Shown: positions 1 through 13,190 of the stretch, one piece after another
How the letters are laid out: each line of letters opens with the position of its first letter
Position numbering within the stretch: position 1 is the first letter of the stretch
Origin: Mizuhopecten yessoensis
Taxonomy: Eukaryota
Direction of reading: 5' to 3'
Assembly: GCF_002113885.1 (NCBI RefSeq)
Contig: NW_018408322.1
Span: forward strand, 910,570 to 974,569
DNA length: 64,000 bases
Position numbers and translations under genes: made by a program
The notes under the pieces: generated by a model
The model's input: only the letters and a program-made list of their open reading frames with translations
The model's database searches: none
What the model was told of the DNA's origin: nothing

Positions 1-569
1 AGATGACGTTTGATTTTCCTCCCTACATTAGTTATCAACCACGGCCCCGGATGCGACCACACTTGTAACATCACATTTAGCCATCCTGCGTTGCGCTTAA
101 GTTTGCGCGGAAAAAAAACCCGTCATTATGTAACTCAACGCAAAATAAATGTGTTATTGTTTTTTATAAAATTCTTTATTTTTGTTCGAAAATACGTATT
201 GTATTTTCAAGCTCGTTTAAAACATTTGTTTAAAACATGAACATTTAATGAAAATAATACAGATCCTTCGAGCAGTCAAATATGTCATATTGAGAATTCT
301 CAACAGGAACTTTTACGTGTAAGAGAAAACCCACTGACGACTTTTCGAAGATCGTATTCCAACTTAAAGGTTTGGTTTAGTTTAAACTTTATTTTATTAT
401 CGGTATAATATTCCAATAACATCAAACGCCTTACAACTTTGCCACAGCGCCCCCCCCCCCCCATTTTTAAGGAACCTTGTCTTACTGCCCGCCAAACACT
501 GGAGAAATCCATTGCATGTTTTCATACGTCGTGTGACCTCTCTTAATTTCGTTTGGATATACTGTTATC

Positions 570-641
570 AGCTAACTCCGTTTGTTAGAGCGAATACTGT
601 AATGTGATCACAGGTCCAGGGTTCGATTCCCGGCCTAGGCT
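570..641 (+). pseudogene. tRNA-like fragment (tRNA pseudogene or SINE head)
   Basis: Degenerate A box (gctaactccgtttgttagagcg) and a clear T-arm/B box ccagggttcgattcccgg; no convincing acceptor stem. Confidence 0.45.
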
Positions 642-3600
642 TATTGCACGATCACTCTCAGAAACTGTTGTTGATAGTTTCTGTTTATTTAATCTTTATT
701 ATTTCCCCCCCCCCCCCAAAAAAAAAAGGTCTCCAAGGTAGGATAGTTAGTGTCCAGTAATTATTGATCTACGCTATTGTCGTGCCGGAATTATTTTGAT
801 TTCACAGAAAATGGACAGGATGTCTCATCATAAAGAATAAGACAAGGAAATCCTATACCCGGGATATCCTGCAACTCCTTTCTAGGTCAGGAAAAGTTAT
901 TGTATGAGGTTACCACAGTACCAGAAGGCTAGAATTAGACAGTGCTGGTTCGTTCAACATTCAGCAACGCAGCCGAGGGGAAATTTCATGTATATTAATT
1001 TGTATTTTTTTAAAAATGTAACCTCACCCAAACTGTAGCCGCTCTGCTTGGCACAATGTTTCTTCTTATCTCAGTCTTTTTCTTGTATCTCGGTCTTGTA
1101 TTTCGAATACTTTCAAAATCAAACGTTTCCCCTGTTTTCTCATCCCGAGAAAGACCAAGTGTTTCGTTTATGGGGGGAAGTGGCGATGTTAAGACATAGC
1201 CTTTCCTTGGGAGGTTCACGGAACATTCCATCGGCATCTCACTTTGAGTAAGGGATCAGACATTTCTGTATTTCATTATTTGATGTAAAAAACAATTTGC
1301 CTCGCTTTGATGTCGCTCTGCGTTGATTACGAGAGCACCAAAGACTCCCCATCACACGACCTGGCTGGCATATATGTTTCAGCGAAAAACAACTCAATAC
1401 TAAGCGAAGCGAACTCAAACCATATTATCTTCTTTATAATAAGATTTTTTTCTCTGTACAATACCAAGATGTTTCTGAAAAGCATCACACTAATTTATAC
1501 TGAGTACGCTAGAGAGCACGGGTTTTATTGTCGTCGTATCCATCGATAGAAAGTTTCCAATCAAGTATTTTGCATCTCTTTAACTTACTTTTATAATACG
1601 CTAGAACCCCCCCTCCCCCACCCCCCCCCTAAAAACAATACCCCAATAAAAGCAAAGCACATTTAAACCAAAACATAATAATACATATACGTGTCCTCTT
1701 GACCTTGACCTGTGACCTGTGTTGACGATTGTATAAGGTTTTGTGTCATTCCATAGGAAGAAAAAATGTTAAAAAATATTTTTGTACTAATGACCTTGTG
1801 GCCGAGACCTTTGACCTGAAGGCAAGACAACGAAGTTCACACGTGTCTAGATGATAGGTATATTAGATGTGTTGATTTTCCGTTCAACGCTGTATATTTA
1901 ATAAATAAAACACAGGACATTGACCTTTGACCTTGGATCTCAGACTTTATACTCCTTTTTTATGGGAACACCTGCAGCAAGTGTTGTGGTATTTCTTTCA
2001 TTAATGTTTATTCACGTGACCTTTAACTTTAACCTTTGACCTTTACACTTCTTCCGTATGTTTCCGGCAGTGAACATGGCTTTTGTCGTTCTTCTCTTTA
2101 CTTTAAGGGTGATAGTTTCACTGCATTTAAACTTATCTCTAAAGACTGAAGAGTTCATTCTGGCTTATGTCATTTAGAGTGCCCTTCCATTGTCTCCTTA
2201 ACTTCCCGCCAAATAGTACTTATATATTGTATCATTAATAGATCTTCAGAATGATTTTTTTTTTTACCACAAAATTTTGTATTTTTACATTGAGTAGTAT
2301 ATAATTCGCTTGTACTTATGTCAGGTGCCGGTAAATTACGGTTCGACTCCTTACTTCGGGGGTAACTTGTGTCAGACATCTGGACATGGTATTTATGTCT
2401 ATTTATAACGCATGTGAATGAGAGGGAGCACCTAACAATGAAAGAAAGGCAAAGATAATGAATTAAACGGAAACAAATGTTCGAATTGTTTAACAGCTGC
2501 GGATATCGCCTTCACATTGCACATATACAGCCACCTTTCACTACTTTTGTGTTTAATTAATTATATTCTACCTCGTGAAAAAAGTCCTTCTTTTATCCTT
2601 TGTGATTCAATTAATCTACTTCTTTAAATTAGTAATTTGATCCAAGAGATTGATACACAATGTCCGTCATGTCAAATCGGAAATAGTCGGTATCCCCTGG
2701 TGTGAAATCCGTCATTCAGCGGCTACCGGAAGTGAGTAAAAGGTCTGGTGACATACGTCTGGGGCAGATTAACAGAGATTAGTAAATCCGTCCAAACCAG
2801 CACGTGATAAAAGCCTCCTCCCCAATCACTCCACACACAGACAAACTACACAAAACCCATTTCTCGGAGTAACAGGGCCACAAACGCGAACTAAGTCCTA
2901 CTGATACTATAACTTCCTAAAACTACAATTTTCGCCCATCTTAGCTAGGAATGAGTTGATTTGTTGACCCTCATTAATATAAAATCTTACCATGATCAAA
3001 ATCAAAATCAAACTCAAATCACCCGATCATGTTTTCCTTACGCACGACCAAACTTTCACGAGATCAATGTTTGGTTATTGATCTATGAACCACTATAGAC
3101 AGTTTATTATTAAAAAAATGGATAAAATTAAGGCAAGGCAGAAGCGTTTCAATGGGTACAGTATAACGGTTTTCGTTTCTCTTATTCAAATAAACGGACT
3201 GCAAAGGAAAAAGCAGGGGACCCACATTGGACGCCTAAAAATGTATGGAGAGTGATTCCCACACATTGGTCGCCTCATACATAGATATAGCACTTCTTTT
3301 CTATCCAACGAAGAAAATTTTGCATTGGTTGAAAAAGTCTTTAAACTTTATCTATGAAATTCACTGAAAACGATATATTATCATTTAAAGATGGGTTACA
3401 GTTTTTAAAAATTAATATCGCCATGTTTTTTGTTAAGTTAAATTGAAAATGGCTCGATTGAGTCTGAACAGTATGGCACATGGTGTTGTTATCCTATTTT
3501 TCATACTCTTCAAATGGTTACCTTACCAAGGTGTGAGTGAATTCAGGATGATTCTATTCCAAAAATAAAAGTCATAGTAGCAGTTACCTGCGCTATCACG

Positions 3601-5477
3601 CGCATAAATAATCTAATTGATTACAATAAATAGGCCTAGAGGAGTACACTAGCTCCAAGAAAATGTTATAACTTTACTGCAGGCTTGCGCTAGGTGCAAT
3701 AACTAATGTTATTATCAACTTTATCGATCGAGCTCATATCTCTTTTGAATTCGATATTTATGGAAGTATCATATAGAAATTAGAAAAATATCTGAATCGC
3801 CCAAAATAAATGTATTAAATAGAAGCTTAAATGTCAAATAAATACAAATGAAATATACCTATTGACTAAAAAGGGGAGACATAATTATGTTTTGTTCACA
3901 GAAACAAATCCCTAATTATGCTTTTCTGCACGACTATTATCTCCATCTTTTCTCTTCGTAACAAAATCAACCGCATTTAGTGAGTTATCGACCTTTCGTT
4001 TGGTGGAAGGTTCACTGCAAGCGGAGGACTGTGGACGTACACTGTCGGTATTATCTGTATTATTTAACAAGCCCAGTGCTTTAAAGAACGAACGAACTAT
4101 CTAATCAAGTTCCGCAATGACACTTCAGCAAGATGGCATTTTAAAGTGGCCCTCGAGCAGCCCGATCGTCTTTGGACATCATCTTCGTGTCACCTTAGCT
4201 GTTACAAGCACGCAAATCCCTAACCAAACAAACAAGGACATTTTATGTAAAATTTGTGTTGAATCAAACCTCTTCAAGTTTACTGACATTCATCCCAGCG
4301 GAATATTCACTATTTGTAGAACAACTCAAATACTTATTCTACAGCTACGTATGTTCGAACACATGGGTAGCTCAAACCTTTTCCGTTGTTTCGACCGGCT
4401 CGAGTTAATTGTATTTTATTGAATGTCTACCCTATTGTTATATCTTATCCATAAAACAGCGTGTCTGATTGGCTTATATTAATCACACCATAGAAAAATA
4501 AAACATCATGTTTAACTTACGCGCTCGAATTTTCCCCGCTTACATGTCCAAACTATTCGGAACCTCTCTAGAAAAATGAGCAAGGCATACAACACGAGCA
4601 TTTTGAGAACTTAAGACAGACAACAATGGCAGGGAAGCCTGGTCATATTCATTGTTGTGCTATCATTCTACTACCCCCCCCCCCCCAACTTATACCAATT
4701 TATGACCGACTTCAACTAATTGAAGATTTCTTTATTGTGATTCCCTAACATTTTTCTATTGTGATTCCCTATCACAAAGGCAATACATGTATAATATACA
4801 GTTATTGTTACGCTGTGTTCCGAATCTGTGGACGTGTCACTCCTTATTGAAGGATTCCGACGTACTACTCCCACGCAGTGATGCTCTATTGTGAAGGGTG
4901 CTTGACCTTGACCCCATCCCAGCAGAACCGATATGATGGGCATATTTCTTAATATAACAAACACACACAGTTATGCTTCCCCTCAAAACTAGGAAGAAGT
5001 GAGTTTTGAAATTTACAAATATTCAAAACTGATGTTAGGTCGATATTGGTAAATACAGAAAAAGACAATGTTTAAATTTGTCCATGTCTTGAATTTGATT
5101 GTGCCTTCATATAGAGTAGTTTTACATTCTTCCTCCTTCAATATACTTTCTGTCGTCGACTATGGTAACATAAACATTGAGTACGTATATAACAGCACTG
5201 TTGGCCGTCAGGGAGGGACATAACTCGTTCATCGTACAAAGATCAAAAGTATACGACAAAATGCTATAGCAAGGTTATGGAAAGTTTAAAGGTTATTTGA
5301 CCCTCGTTGTTTGACGACGTGGTATTTAGTAATGCAAACGAGGGGAATTAGTTTACAAGTTAAGAATTGTAGAGGGGGTGAACTGGATTACACATGTCCT
5401 CTCCGTCTTTGGATACTTTGGACTTCTAGCCTTTAATTTTAAGATATGCTAGTAAACCTTGGACAGCCACGTCCTCC

Positions 5478-5663
5478 ATACTCCAGGGATTAAGCTCACT
5501 CTCGCTCCCTGCGCCCCTGATATATGTTATAGCAAAATTTGAAGGCTTAGTGTGCGCCACCTTGTGGATGAGACCAATCAAATAGCTAGCAGTGTGTCTT
5601 TCAATTTTGCTATGACATATTCCAGGGGTGCAGGGAGCGAAAGTGAGCGTAACCCATGGAGTA
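5478..5663. mobile_element. MITE with ~60-bp TIRs (same family as 59068-59418)
   Basis: atactccagggattaagctcactctcgctccctgcgcccctgatatatgttatagcaaaa ... ttttgctatgacatattccaggggtgcagggagcgaaagtgagcgtaacccatggagtat. Confidence 0.8.
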
Positions 5664-7309
5664 TCAATGATGGGATTGGAAAGTTCATTTTTAAGGTCAA
5701 AGGTCAATGTCACTGTTCTTGAATGACTTTAAAACTCACACACATCAGCCATTGTTATTATCCCTTAATCGTTCTTGATTGAAAGGTCAATACGTCACTG
5801 TGATTTGGAACGTTTGAAAAACTTACTATAACTTAAAATATTTCAAAAACAGCAAGTTATGAAAATGGCAAGCCATGCACGATTTCCTTAAATGCCGTCA
5901 GCCTCACATTTGTTGACAATGTCAGCAAAGTGTTGGGATATTATATACTACCGACGAGAAATTTACCGGGTATGTCGAACACTCTGATGGGGTCTAAGTT
6001 GCTTCCTTCGTCATAACGAGACACTATAGTATAATGGTAAATGTACCTGAGTAACAGATTTAGTACCATACAACACATGGACATCTGGTACTGGAAAAAG
6101 GCGGAGCAGCTTTGAAAGCCGTCAACGGAGACGAAAACAAATACCCCCTCCCATCTCAAGATCGCCTCGACCTTCTTTCGGAGGAGGATTTTGAAGTGCG
6201 ATCAAATTGAGGTTAATCTCCCCCCATTGAGCCTATACCGGTTTCATCTTTCTTATCGCTTCCAGAAATAACGACTAGATTAGTGTGCACACGCCAAAGG
6301 CGGGAAATAGCAAGCACCGTGAACTTCCGGTAGATAGGTTGTATTTGTGATCGGTATGCTGTATACTCGATGGTGGGTCAGATGGAAAAAAAACCCAGTT
6401 GTTTTTAATATTTAATCTTTGATGAGAATGTTTATGTTTAAAGAAGTAAATAAACATATTTATTTTTCTATAGAGGTAGACTATCTTACCCTCCATATAA
6501 CGGCATCACTTCGTTAAATTGCCTTCTGGTTTTAGTGCCATCATTTTCAATACTATTGTGATATTTAATCTTTTAACATTTCTTTAAGTCTTCTTCAATA
6601 ATATTGTCAAACTTCTTCACAACGCCAACACGCCGCTGTACAGTATGTCGAGATTATATTGAATGTAATTCTGAATTATACTATTGCTGTCGTTAACATT
6701 TGAAAAAAAATTGGCTATTAGTTGATAAAGCAGAAATATTGGCAAATTACCATGATGTATAGTTACCGGAACAAACGTATTTTAAGATAGAAAACAGCTA
6801 TTATTCTATCGAATTTTAAAGTGATCTCATCTGCTGATTGCGAAGCGGATGTACCGATATGTTTCCCCATGACGTCAGAATTGATTACAGAGGATGTCTG
6901 TTCTACATGCCAACACATACGTACTAACTGTTTGCTCTCCTCCTTCGTTTTGTGAATGAGAGTCGGTGGAGACAGCGCGCTGTGTGATAAACACGGAGAG
7001 ACAGAAAGCACGCAAGGCACGGGCGAGGGTGGGGGCGGGGGTATACATGTGTCTGTGTCAGTGGCGGCAAGGTGGGAAACATGCATGACGTCGGAGAGAA
7101 TATGTTAATGCGGGCGGGGAAATGTTTATGTAGTCGAAGAGGGATGCAAATGTGGGGATGGGGTGGGGAATGTGTTTGTAACCTTAGGAAGTAAGCGTAC
7201 AGGACGAAAATTGTGTATGTATTGGGAGGAAGTGTGGGAAATACGTCTATAGTTAAAATGTGTGGCGCGAGGCTGCAGTTGAAAGCATTAAAGTGAGATG
7301 CAGTACAGA

Positions 7310-8450
7310 AAATATATCTGTAGTCGGAGGCATTGTGGGAAATGAGTCTGTAGTCGAAGGCAGAGTGGGAAATCAGTCTGTAGTACCTCATACTACTGAC
7401 TTATATCTAATACTGCCTTCGAATACAGTCTAATTTCCCACAATGCCTTCGACTACAGACTTATTTTGGTAAATAAATTCCTGAAATATTGGAAACGTGC
7501 CTGATACCAGAGGTAGTGTTGAAGTCAGTGTGGGAAATTATTTCGTAGTAGAAGCCAGTGTGGGAAATTAGTCTGTAGTCGAAAGTAACGTGGGAAATCA
7601 GTCTTTAGTAGAAGTTAGTGTGGGAAATAAGTCTGTAGTAGAAGGCAGTGTGGGAAATAAGTCTGTAGTAGAAGGCAGTGTGGGAAATAAGTCTGAAGTA
7701 GAAGGTAATGTGGGAAATAAGTCTGTAGTAGAAGTAAGTATGGGAAATAAGTCTGTAGTAGAAGGCAGTGTGGGAAATAAGTCTGTAGTAGAAGGCAGTG
7801 TGGGAAATAAGTCTGTTGTAGAAGGCAGTATGTGAAATAAGTCTGTAGTAGAAGGCAGTGTGTGAAATGAGTTTGTAGTAGAAGGCAGAGTGGGAATTTA
7901 ATATCTGCTTTTGGGCATTTTAAGAAATGAGTCTGTAGGCTTAAGGAGTATGGGTAATAAGGATGTAATCTAAGAAAGTCTGGGAAATGAGTCTGTTTAC
8001 TCGAAGGCAGTGTGGGGAATGAGTCTCTTGTCAGAGGCAGCTTGGGAAATGAATCTGTAATGTAATGCAGTATGGGAAATGAAACCAGTCGAGGGCAGTG
8101 TGGGAAATGAATCTGTTGTCGGAGGCAGTGTTGGAAATGAGTCTGTATTCGAAGACAGTGTGGGGAATGAATCGGTAATCTATGGCAGTAAGGCAAATGA
8201 AACCGTAGTCGAAGGCAGTATGGGAAATGGGACTGTAGTCGTAGGCAGTGTGGGAAATTAATCTTTTGTTGGGGGCCAGATGTCAAGTGGTAAATGAGTA
8301 GACTGAAGCAGTGTTGGAAATTAGTCTGTAGTAGGAGGCATTGTGGGATATCATTTTGTGTAATATTCGAATTCTGCCTGTTACCGGAGACAGTGTAGGA
8401 AATGAGTCTGTAGTCGAAGGCAACATGGGAAACCAGTATTTAGTCGGAGG
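7310..8450. repeat. 30-bp minisatellite (gtgtgggaaataagtctgtagtagaaggca)n
   Basis: Homogeneous core ~7545-7890 with degenerate flanks; it accounts for the repetitive ORFs here. Confidence 0.93.
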
Positions 8451-8609
8451 CAAGGGGTGATGTGCCTATTATAGGTGGCAGTGTGGGTTCGAAGTAGTAC
8501 ATTTAATCAGTTGGGTGAGAATTGTTACTGTTAAAGGAAGTTACGTGAGAAATGCGATTGTAATCAGTGCCAATACACTCGGTGTGACGTGTTACTCTGA
8601 TCTCCGTGC

Positions 8610-8790
8610 GACAAGTTCGTTCCATCAGTTCAAAGCAAGGATCCCCATGTGTGACATATTGCTCTATCAGACGTACAACAAGGATCCCCAGATGTGATAT
8701 ATTGCGCCATCAGGCCGTAGCACGGATCCCTAGGTGGAACGTGTCGCTCCATCAGTCCGTAGCAAGGATCCCCATGTGTGATACCATACG
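8610..8790. repeat. Degenerate ~41-bp tandem repeat
   Basis: About 4 copies of gtgtgacatattgctccatcag..gtagcaaggatcccca. Confidence 0.6.
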
Positions 8791-11700
8791 TAAAACGTAT
8801 CCTCCATCAGTAGCGCTGTGTTCCCCGCTATAATGATAGGATCGTACCACATCCGACAGCCAGGCGGGGAGGCAGGATACAGCGGGCCAGGATACGTATG
8901 TAGACCGTGACAGGTGGTTGTCACTGACTGGGATTCTTTACACACGAATGATCGCTTACTGAGAGCATGTGCTGCAACTCAGTGGCAATACCTAACAACA
9001 GTTCATAGTGGCGGCGGTTTACGAACATAGCCTTTTATAAATTGCACATGTTATGACAAGATAGTGACGTCATGATATCATGACCACCGAACAAAAGGAA
9101 TATGTTTATATCATTTGTACACATTGTCTGTCAATAAGGTTTTGCGAAATATGTGACTATTCGTTTATTACTATTTAGAAGTGTCGAATTCTCTATTCAT
9201 CTAGAGCCGAGATTTCGTCAGCCTGTTCAGTGACACGCCTCTCCAGTCCATCATTGTATACCCTCATTCTTAAAGAGTGAAACGGGGGAAAAATAATTTC
9301 TGAAATTTATCAGGTAAAAAATCATTGGCAAAACTGCGAAAACTAGGAACTTTCAAATGTTGACCAATTGTGAAATTTTCAATATTTCACACAATATAAT
9401 ATGGAAAGTGATCTCTCTTCGAAGGGAAATATAGTAAGTATTCGTCTAGAAACTATGATGTTTTTTTCTACCACCTTTACAAAGAACAAACAGTTATGTC
9501 ACTAGATCACCAGAACGAAGTTTTCTATTGAACTATTATATCTTATACCCTACTGGTTTTGTTTCACGAATTCATGGTTTCCAGCGGTATTTATAATGTA
9601 AGCTTAAACATGACAGAATAAGCAGGTATGCATTTGGATGATGTATAACATAATGAAGCGAAGCCAAGCGAAGCCAAGCGTTTGCACAAAAACGTCTAAC
9701 TAGACAATTAGCGGTTTATATTTTCAAACTGAGTTGACCGCTTAGGTAAGGTGGCCCGCTTGTGAAAAAATACCCGTGTAACGGGCTCATCCCTTTTCGA
9801 GACAATCCATCCCTTTTTTCAAGACAAACATATCGATCAATTTCATTAAACGAAATGCCGGACAAAGAACAATATTCACATATGTGTGTTACTATACCAA
9901 GAAACAGCTCGTTGTTACATTGATCTCATCCTCCCTGTCAGTCACATGGCTCCGCGTCTCGTTATCAACTTAAACCACCGGAAGTAGCTACTTGTGTCAA
10001 GAACGAAATAAGCATAGGAACACACTTCAATCTAATAAAGGATTATCATAATAACTGAGGTCAATTTTTTTATTTAAAAGTCAAAGAAATATAAACGTAC
10101 AATGAGCACTAATTGATCTCCGTACGCCAACCACTTTCGCTATCAGCAGAGAAGTTTTGAGGTCGTGAGGCGGCTGTTCTGGGGGTCAATTTAATATAAA
10201 AAGGTCAATCTGAGCTCTTAAACACTGGATGGACAGAGGAACAACCATATCAGTGGTGACTGGATTACAGGCGTGTAAAAAAATGCAAAAACAAAGTTCA
10301 AAACAATAATATCAATGAGAGGACGATGGCATTTCGATGGCGACTTTGCTTTTGACGTCAGGGCAAAATTTGCAAATACACATCATTGAAAGACATTGCC
10401 GCCAAAACCTCTCAGTTGTTGCTCTATACGTTCAAACTTCAAAACAAGTAAGCGTCAACATCCTTATTTACTAAATCACCGCCGTAAATGAGGTCACTTG
10501 TCAGCATGGATTATCGTTTAATCCCACGACCGCTTTTACCTCGGTGCATTACGTGCACAAGAATCTATGCCAACCATGCAAAATATTTCTGTAAAATTCC
10601 GTTCATTTCTCCAATAACAACAAAGTGCATATAATGGCTATGGTTACCATGGTAACGAACAACATCTACATCCGGTGATAAAGACATCACATTGTGTTCT
10701 ACTTATATTGTGTTTGGCACACATCAGCCGTCGTGTCTCCTCCCACACGTCAGGACTGGAAAGTTGATTATGAAATTAACTTTAAGAAACTGTTGAATTG
10801 CAATTATTATGGGGTTTCAAAAACTGACATACATATTTGTGCAGAAGCCAGCTAGTGAGCCACTTGGAACTATTCATATATCTTAATTACGATATAGCTA
10901 ACTCGGAATAATGAAGTCACAAAGTAAATTTAACGTTAGTATCGACTTTTGTATTTTATAGCGGTAATTTATAAGCCTATTCTTTTACATGTGTAGATAT
11001 AATGTAACACCTTGATACAATTATGTCCATAGTTCATCTGCCACTTCGATTATCGCCCAACAATTTCCATCCTCTTTTCTCTCTCTCACTTTTTACGAGA
11101 TTCTTTTATACTCTTTCCCCAATATATATCATTTGCCAAACCCCTTTATAAAGCCAAACAATATGGCTGCAATAGAACGGGGTTACCGTAGAGATCTCGA
11201 ACCTTGATATATTGTATGTAGCGATATTTCCACGAATCGACAAATATGTTCACTATTATTATTTTTATTGTCAATTCAAAACAACTAACATTTTGAAATA
11301 AAAGGAAATAGTTGATAAATCTAATAGCTGTAGTCTCTAGTTGCTATACTGACGCTACGTACGTCAGATATGTCTATTAGACGTTTCCTATATCTATCGG
11401 AGTGACCTCCCGTTGCTGTTACTGTCAGTACCTGATGGCGTAGGACTAGATGCTGAGACGGATGATAGCAAATAGGTGACGAGAATGCGTCAAAGATAGC
11501 TATAAAATATCAGTGAATATTTACGGACAAGGAATATAAACAAGTATTCTACATTTACATCGACATCTTGACTTTTAAGGGGGAATAATTCCATCACACA
11601 AGTTTCGTGGTGGTCAGTAGGGTCGCGTTTAAAACATCAGTACGTTTATCTAATGATTGAATTCTGTTTTGTTGAGGTTTATGGGGTATAAAACTCAACA

Positions 11701-12828
11701 AAATGGGATTCTATCCTTATATTTACATTCAGAGCGATATTGATATTTGTTCGGATAATTTCTAAAATATCGGTCTTGTGCAAGTCTAACACCACGGAAG
11801 GTATCAACAATTATGACGTCATTACTCACTGTGAGACGTCGTCATGGTAAGATGAATAAGCAAATTAAGATGTTAGTTATTTTTTGAATACAATTGAATA
11901 CTTCTGACAAAAAAGCAACAAATTGAAAACAATCTTTGAATGGAACTACTTCCCGCGTTCCTCGAAATAACAGAGTAATCAGGTTGATAATATGCGGATG
12001 TATTCATACGCCAACTGAAAAGTTCATTGAAAAATAACCTTTAAAATGTTAAGTTGGTATATTGAGTCCAAGTTCAGTAGAAATGTAAATATATGCCTAT
12101 GTCATCCCTCTAAGGCGATGGTGGACCGATTTCCCTCAGGCTTCAATTCCACACATTTTGACGGATGTCTAATTGTCTCCAGTGTGGTGTCGGGGCCAGA
12201 TGAAACTTGAACTAAACCGGTGGTATGATGTAGTTCAGTTCTTATTTTACCGGTCCGATAAAGAAGTAGTTCATATGCTGTCTCAATTCGCTGATTGTGG
12301 TTTATCCTGGGTTTACCTGTGACGTTGGACGGGAGGTGTAAGTCCCACGTCATAAACAATAGTTGGCTGATACTAGCGCCCTCTGTTGCACGACCAGAAA
12401 ATAACGTCAGTGTTTCAAAATATAAGAGAAGTATTTATAAATTGCAATATCACAGGTTTCAGCGTTTATGCATTTAATCAAAATGGTGGTTTCTTGAGTC
12501 CCCTAAATACGTTTTTAATGCAAACGTGTAATCTACATGTCAACACTCGCGCGACACGGGTAGGGGAGGGGGAACATTCAGGATTTGCCAACACACGCTC
12601 TCTTGTGTTAAGAAATAAATGGGGAAAAATCGGTCCTGCAACTGGGATCAATATATGGATTTAGAGACTGGCCAATGTCCGAACCAATTCCATATTTTTA
12701 AAAAAAATATATGTTCCTATTATCTCAAATCAAGTGCCTGTGGTATATGGACTGTAACTTTTGCGTTTACAAGGTATTGGTCCAATGAGCTGTATCGATG
12801 TTCGACCAGCACTTCATAGAATATCCAT

Positions 12829-13190
12829 GTGGGTAGTCTAGTGGTAGGACGCCGAGCTCGTGACCGAAGGGTTGCGGGTTCCAGTCACGGCACGACACTG
12901 TGTTGTATCTTTGAACAAGATACTTTACGCTGCTTGTTCCAGTCTACTCAGCTGTAAATGAGTACGTGGTTGGGCAGTGCTAGAATTGTTGAATGCTAGC
13001 TGTGAGCGCCGAAATGGCAGCACCGGCTGTATGCTCCCCCGGGAGTTGAGAAAGATATTGGCTGGTTGCAAAGGCCCTATAACCACGGATAATAATTTGT
13101 GAACCGCTTTGAGACGACCTTCGAACGAGGTTGTGATAAAGCGGTATATAAGAGCCTCAAATTATTATTATTATTATTATCATTATTTAT
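12829..13190 (+). mobile_element. tRNA-derived SINE with conserved central domain and L2-like (tta)n tail
   Basis: A box gtctagtggtagg; B-box-like gcgggttccagtc; central gtgttgtatctttgaacaagatactttac...cagctgtaaatgagtac; 3' tgtgaaccgctttgagac..aaagcggtatataa followed by (att)n. Confidence 0.8.

Noticed and set aside
570-641. Functional tRNA gene
   Set aside because: Only the T-arm/B box is convincing; the D arm, anticodon arm and acceptor stem do not pair well.
7590-8286. Repetitive ORFs (GNKSVVEGSV)n and (LLLQTYFPHC)n
   Set aside because: By-products of a 30-bp (multiple-of-3) minisatellite; no splice or domain support.
11655-11720. Short palindrome ttttgttgaggtttat-ggggt-ataaaactcaacaaaa
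   Set aside because: Probably the terminal hairpin of a decayed non-autonomous element; too little context to call.
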